Positions 60,864-64,000 of a stretch of 64,000 nt of DNA are shown here, piece after piece. The position numbers were made by a program, and so were the translations under genes. Position 1 is the first letter of the stretch, and the number at the start of each line of letters is the position of its first letter. The stretch spans positions 134,168,001-134,232,000 of the forward strand of contig NC_067403.1 of the NCBI RefSeq assembly GCF_016432865.1. Reading direction: 5' to 3'. Origin of the DNA: Antechinus flavipes (taxonomy: Eukaryota). The notes below the pieces were generated by a model. The model was not told the DNA's origin. It saw only the letters and a list, made by a program, of their open reading frames with translations, and searched no databases.

Positions 60864-62669
60864 GAAAAGAACCCTGATCATAGAAAGTTAGTATAGTAAT
60901 AGGAAAGATCAAAACACAAATTCAGAAGAGGAAATCAATGTCAAAATGCCTATATTTGAAGTCTTACAGAGGAATGTGAATTGGTCCCAAATCCAAAAAG
61001 TCTTTGAAAAAGCCCAAAAAAGATTTTTAAAATCAATTAAGAAATACAGGGAAAAGAAATTAGAGTTCTGCAAGAGAATTATGTAAAAAGGGTCAATAGC
61101 TTGGGAAAGGAAACACAAAAATTGAAGAAAACAACTACTTAAAAGTTATAATTGCACAAATAGAAAAAAAAGCAACAAAAACTCACTGAAGAGAATAATT
61201 CCTTGAAAATTAGAATTGGGTACGTGGAAGCTATTGACTCTGTGAGACATCAAGAATCAATCAAACAAAAATAAAAGAATGAGAAACTAAAAGAAAATGT
61301 AAAATACCTTATTGGTAAACCAACTAACCTGGAAAAAAAATACAGGAGAGATAGTTCAAAAATTATTGAACTCCCTGAAAGCCATGATAAATAAAAAAGA
61401 ATCTGAACAGCATCTTTCAAGAAATTATCAAGGCAAAACTGCCCTGATATATTACAACCAGAAGGCAAAATAGAAATTGAAAGAATCTACTGATTACTTC
61501 CTTAATAAGATCCCCCAAATCAAAACTCCAATGAATTGTAGCCAATTCCAGAACTATCAGTCCAAGGAGAAAATACTGTAAGCAACCAGAAAGAAGCAAT
61601 TCAAATATCAAGGAACCATACAATTACATAGGACTTAACAACTTCTAACATTAAAGGATCAGAGGGATGGGAATATGATATTTTGGAAGTTAAAGGAGCA
61701 TAAATTACAATCAAGAACCAACTACCCAGCAAAACTGACATACTCTTTCAGGGGAAAAAATTGAACATTTAATAAAATAAGGAGATTTTCAAATTTTCCT
61801 AATGAAAAGAACAGATCCTTTTAGATCATAATGGGCCATGGAAAGATAGATTTAAAAATAATTGGGAACTAAATAATATAATTCTACAGAATGACTCAAT
61901 CAAGCAACAAATCATAGAAGCAATCAAACATTTCATCAAAGAGAATTACAATAATAATACAACAGACCAAAATTTTATAAGACATAGCCAAAGCAATTCT
62001 AAGGAGAAATTTTATGTTTCTAAATGCTTACATGAATAAAATAAAGAAAAAACAGATTGGGTGGGCAATTTTAAAAAGCAAGATAAACAACAAATTTAAA
62101 ATCTCTAATTAAAATACAAAATTAGAAATTCTGAAAATCAAAGGAAACATTAGTAAAATTGAAAGGAAGAAAACTATTGAACTAATAAATAAAACTGAGT
62201 TGGCTTTATGGGGGAAAATAACCTAATAAAATAGATTAACCCTTGGTTGATTTGATTAAAAAAGATAGAAGAAAACCAAATTAAAAGTATCATAAATGAA
62301 AAGGATGCAGTCATCACCAATGAAGAGAAAACTAAAGCAATAATTAGGAGTTATTTTGTCCAACTATATGATAATAAATTGGAAAATCTAGGTCAAATAA
62401 ATGTATATTTACAAAAACATAAATTGCTCAGAATAACATAAGAGGAAATAAAATATTGAAATAATCCCATTTTAGAAAAAGAAATTGAATAAGCCATCAA
62501 TGAACTCCCTACGAAAGAACTCTCTAAATGGATTAATTAGGTGGATTTAAAAGTAAATTCTACCAAACATTTAAAGAACAAGAATTTCAATATTATGTAA
62601 ACTATTTGGAAAACTAAGTGAGGGAGTTCAATCAAATTCCTTTTATGACATAAATATGATGCTGATACC

Positions 62670-62870
62670 TGAAACAGAAAAAACCAGAAAAGAGGGGAAA
62701 AAATTATAGAGCAATTTCCCATAAAAATTTATGTAAAAAAATTAAATAAAATATTAGCAAAGGGATTACTTGAAACAGAAAAAACCAGAACAGAGGGAAA
62801 AAAATTATAGAGCAATTTCCCATAAAAATTTATGTAAAAAAAATTAAGTAAAACATTAGCAAAGAGATTA
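62670..62870 (+). repeat. Tandem duplication of ~101 bp inside L1 ORF2
   Basis: tgaaacagaaaaaaccagaa..gagcaatttcc..attagcaaag.gattac repeated at 62670 and 62771. Confidence 0.93.
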
Positions 62871-62901
62871 CAGCAACATCACAAAAATAATACACTATGA
62901 C

Positions 62902-63414
62902 TGTAATGTTCCGGCTGATTTTCTGGAAGTCTTGGGACCAGCCATGGTCTCAGAAGAATAATAACCACAAGAATAGTCAGGAATAGAATCCAAAATCTTT
63001 ATTGTCTCCCCAATAGACAGACAATAGACTGTGACTCCCACAGTCTGTCTTCTTCGCCTGAGGCCGAGCTAGCTAGCTTTCTGAAGGTCCTTCGGAATGG
63101 GTCTTGGTTTCAGTGGCGGAATGCAGGAGGCAAGACAACCACCAGGATGGTGGTCAAGTCTTTTCTCTCTGAAAGTGCAGGAGGCAGGAGAGCCACCACA
63201 AGGCTGATCAAAGATGGAATCTCTGTGGTTGACTTTGTCCTCAATTTAAATACTCAATTACAATTACATCAATTGTAGAATTATTACATCACCATGCTAA
63301 GTACTAAGTATATGTAAAGTAGATAACCATTGTCTTATCAATTCCACTGAGTTAACACTTTGATGTAAAAATCCTTATTTCAAGTACATTTCTCCAGAAT
63401 TCTGACCCATTACA
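62902..63414 (-). mobile_element. Solo LTR (513 bp), perfect 6-bp TSD
   Basis: Perfect 7-bp inverted termini tgtaatg / cattaca; TSD tatgac at 62896-62901 and 63415-63420; minus-strand AATAAA near 62998; L1 motif acactatgaccagg rejoins. Confidence 0.92.
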
Positions 63415-63926
63415 TATGACCAGGTAAAATTTATACTAGGAATATAGGGCTGGTTCAATATTAGGAAAACTGTTGGTATCATTGTACATATCAATAACAA
63501 AACCAGTTGAAATCATTTGGTTATCTCAATAGAAGTGGGAAAATTTTTTGACAAAATATAGCACCTATTCATATTAAAAACACTAGAGTATAGGAATAAA
63601 TGGAGTTTTCCTTAAAATGATAACCAGTGTCTACCTAAAACCATCAGCAAGCATTATTTGTAATGGGGATAAGCTAGAAGCCTTCCTAGTAATATCAAGG
63701 GTGAAGCAAGGATGCCCATTATCACCACTGTTATTCAGTATTGTACTAGAAGTATTATTACCTTTAGCAATAAGAGAAGAAAAAGAAACAACAACTTTAA
63801 CAAAGTCGCGGGATATAAAGTAGATATAAAATAAATCCCAATAAATCATCCGCATTTCTATATATTGCTAACAAAGCTTACCAGCAAGAAATATAAAAAT
63901 AAATTCCATTTAAAATAGCTACAGAA

Positions 63927-64000
63927 AGGAGCAGCTGATGGTGCAGTGGATAGAAAATCAACCCTGAAGTCAGGAGGATCTGAGTTCAAATCTGGTTTCA
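63927..64000 (+). mobile_element. CORE SINE head (runs off the window)
   Basis: gagcagctgatggtgcagtggataga A-box; ctgagttcaaatct B-box. Confidence 0.8.

Larger units (their letters stand above)
60340..63925 (+). mobile_element. Degenerate L1 with 5'UTR, ORF1 and partial ORF2 (internal deletions, LTR insertion)
   Basis: 5' end aaccaagatggtagag; ORF1 C-terminal text (caactacccagcaaaactg); ORF 63617..63823 encodes RT motif [16 protein letters not shown]; many stops and frameshifts. Confidence 0.92.
1..64000 (+). other. COL25A1: COL25A1 transcription unit (internal part; both ends lie outside the window)
   Basis: Nine colinear phase-0 Gly-X-Y micro-exons on +. The joined peptide contains GDPGSSAAGIKGEPGESG and GEPGFIGPQGEPGLPGLPGTK, which I recognise from the COL2 region of human/mouse collagen XXV (from memory, no database search). 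Confidence 0.95.

Overview
Eukaryotic, AT-rich, CpG-poor mammalian DNA. The repeat complement (MAR1-type CORE SINEs with RTE tails, a 7SL-derived element, a FADD-type RTE LINE, marsupial-type L1 3' ends) points to a marsupial, probably a dasyurid (inference). The whole window lies inside one + strand gene, COL25A1 (collagen XXV / CLAC-P). Nine micro-exons (27, 45, 54, 27, 45, 33, 36, 45 and 63 nt; all phase 0, all AG/GT-bounded; numbered E1-E9 locally, not by gene numbering) give 125 aa of collagenous sequence: GPQGPPGQK GSIGAPGTPGMDGKT GEPGLPGTVGQNGTPGLK GDAGERGEK GDAGESGPKGDTGEK GDPGSSAAGIK GEPGESGHPGQK GEPGLPGLPGLPGIK GEPGFIGPQGEPGLPGLPGTK. The supplied ORF track misses these exons, and none of its ORFs is a credible gene. 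The rest is intron containing L1, L2, L3/CR1 and RTE fragments, MIR/MAR1 SINEs, about nine LTR-like elements (several with intact TSDs, three nested in L1), microsatellites and two N gaps. I found no prokaryotic features and no evidence for a new multi-gene system. The most interesting signals are small: short templated-copy insertions, an old ~250-bp intronic duplication, a perfect RFX X-box, an inverted LTR pair flanking E6-E7, and splice-relevant repeats. Boundaries of old repeats are by-eye estimates (about +/-30 bp) unless a TSD is quoted; family names need RepeatMasker/Dfam confirmation.
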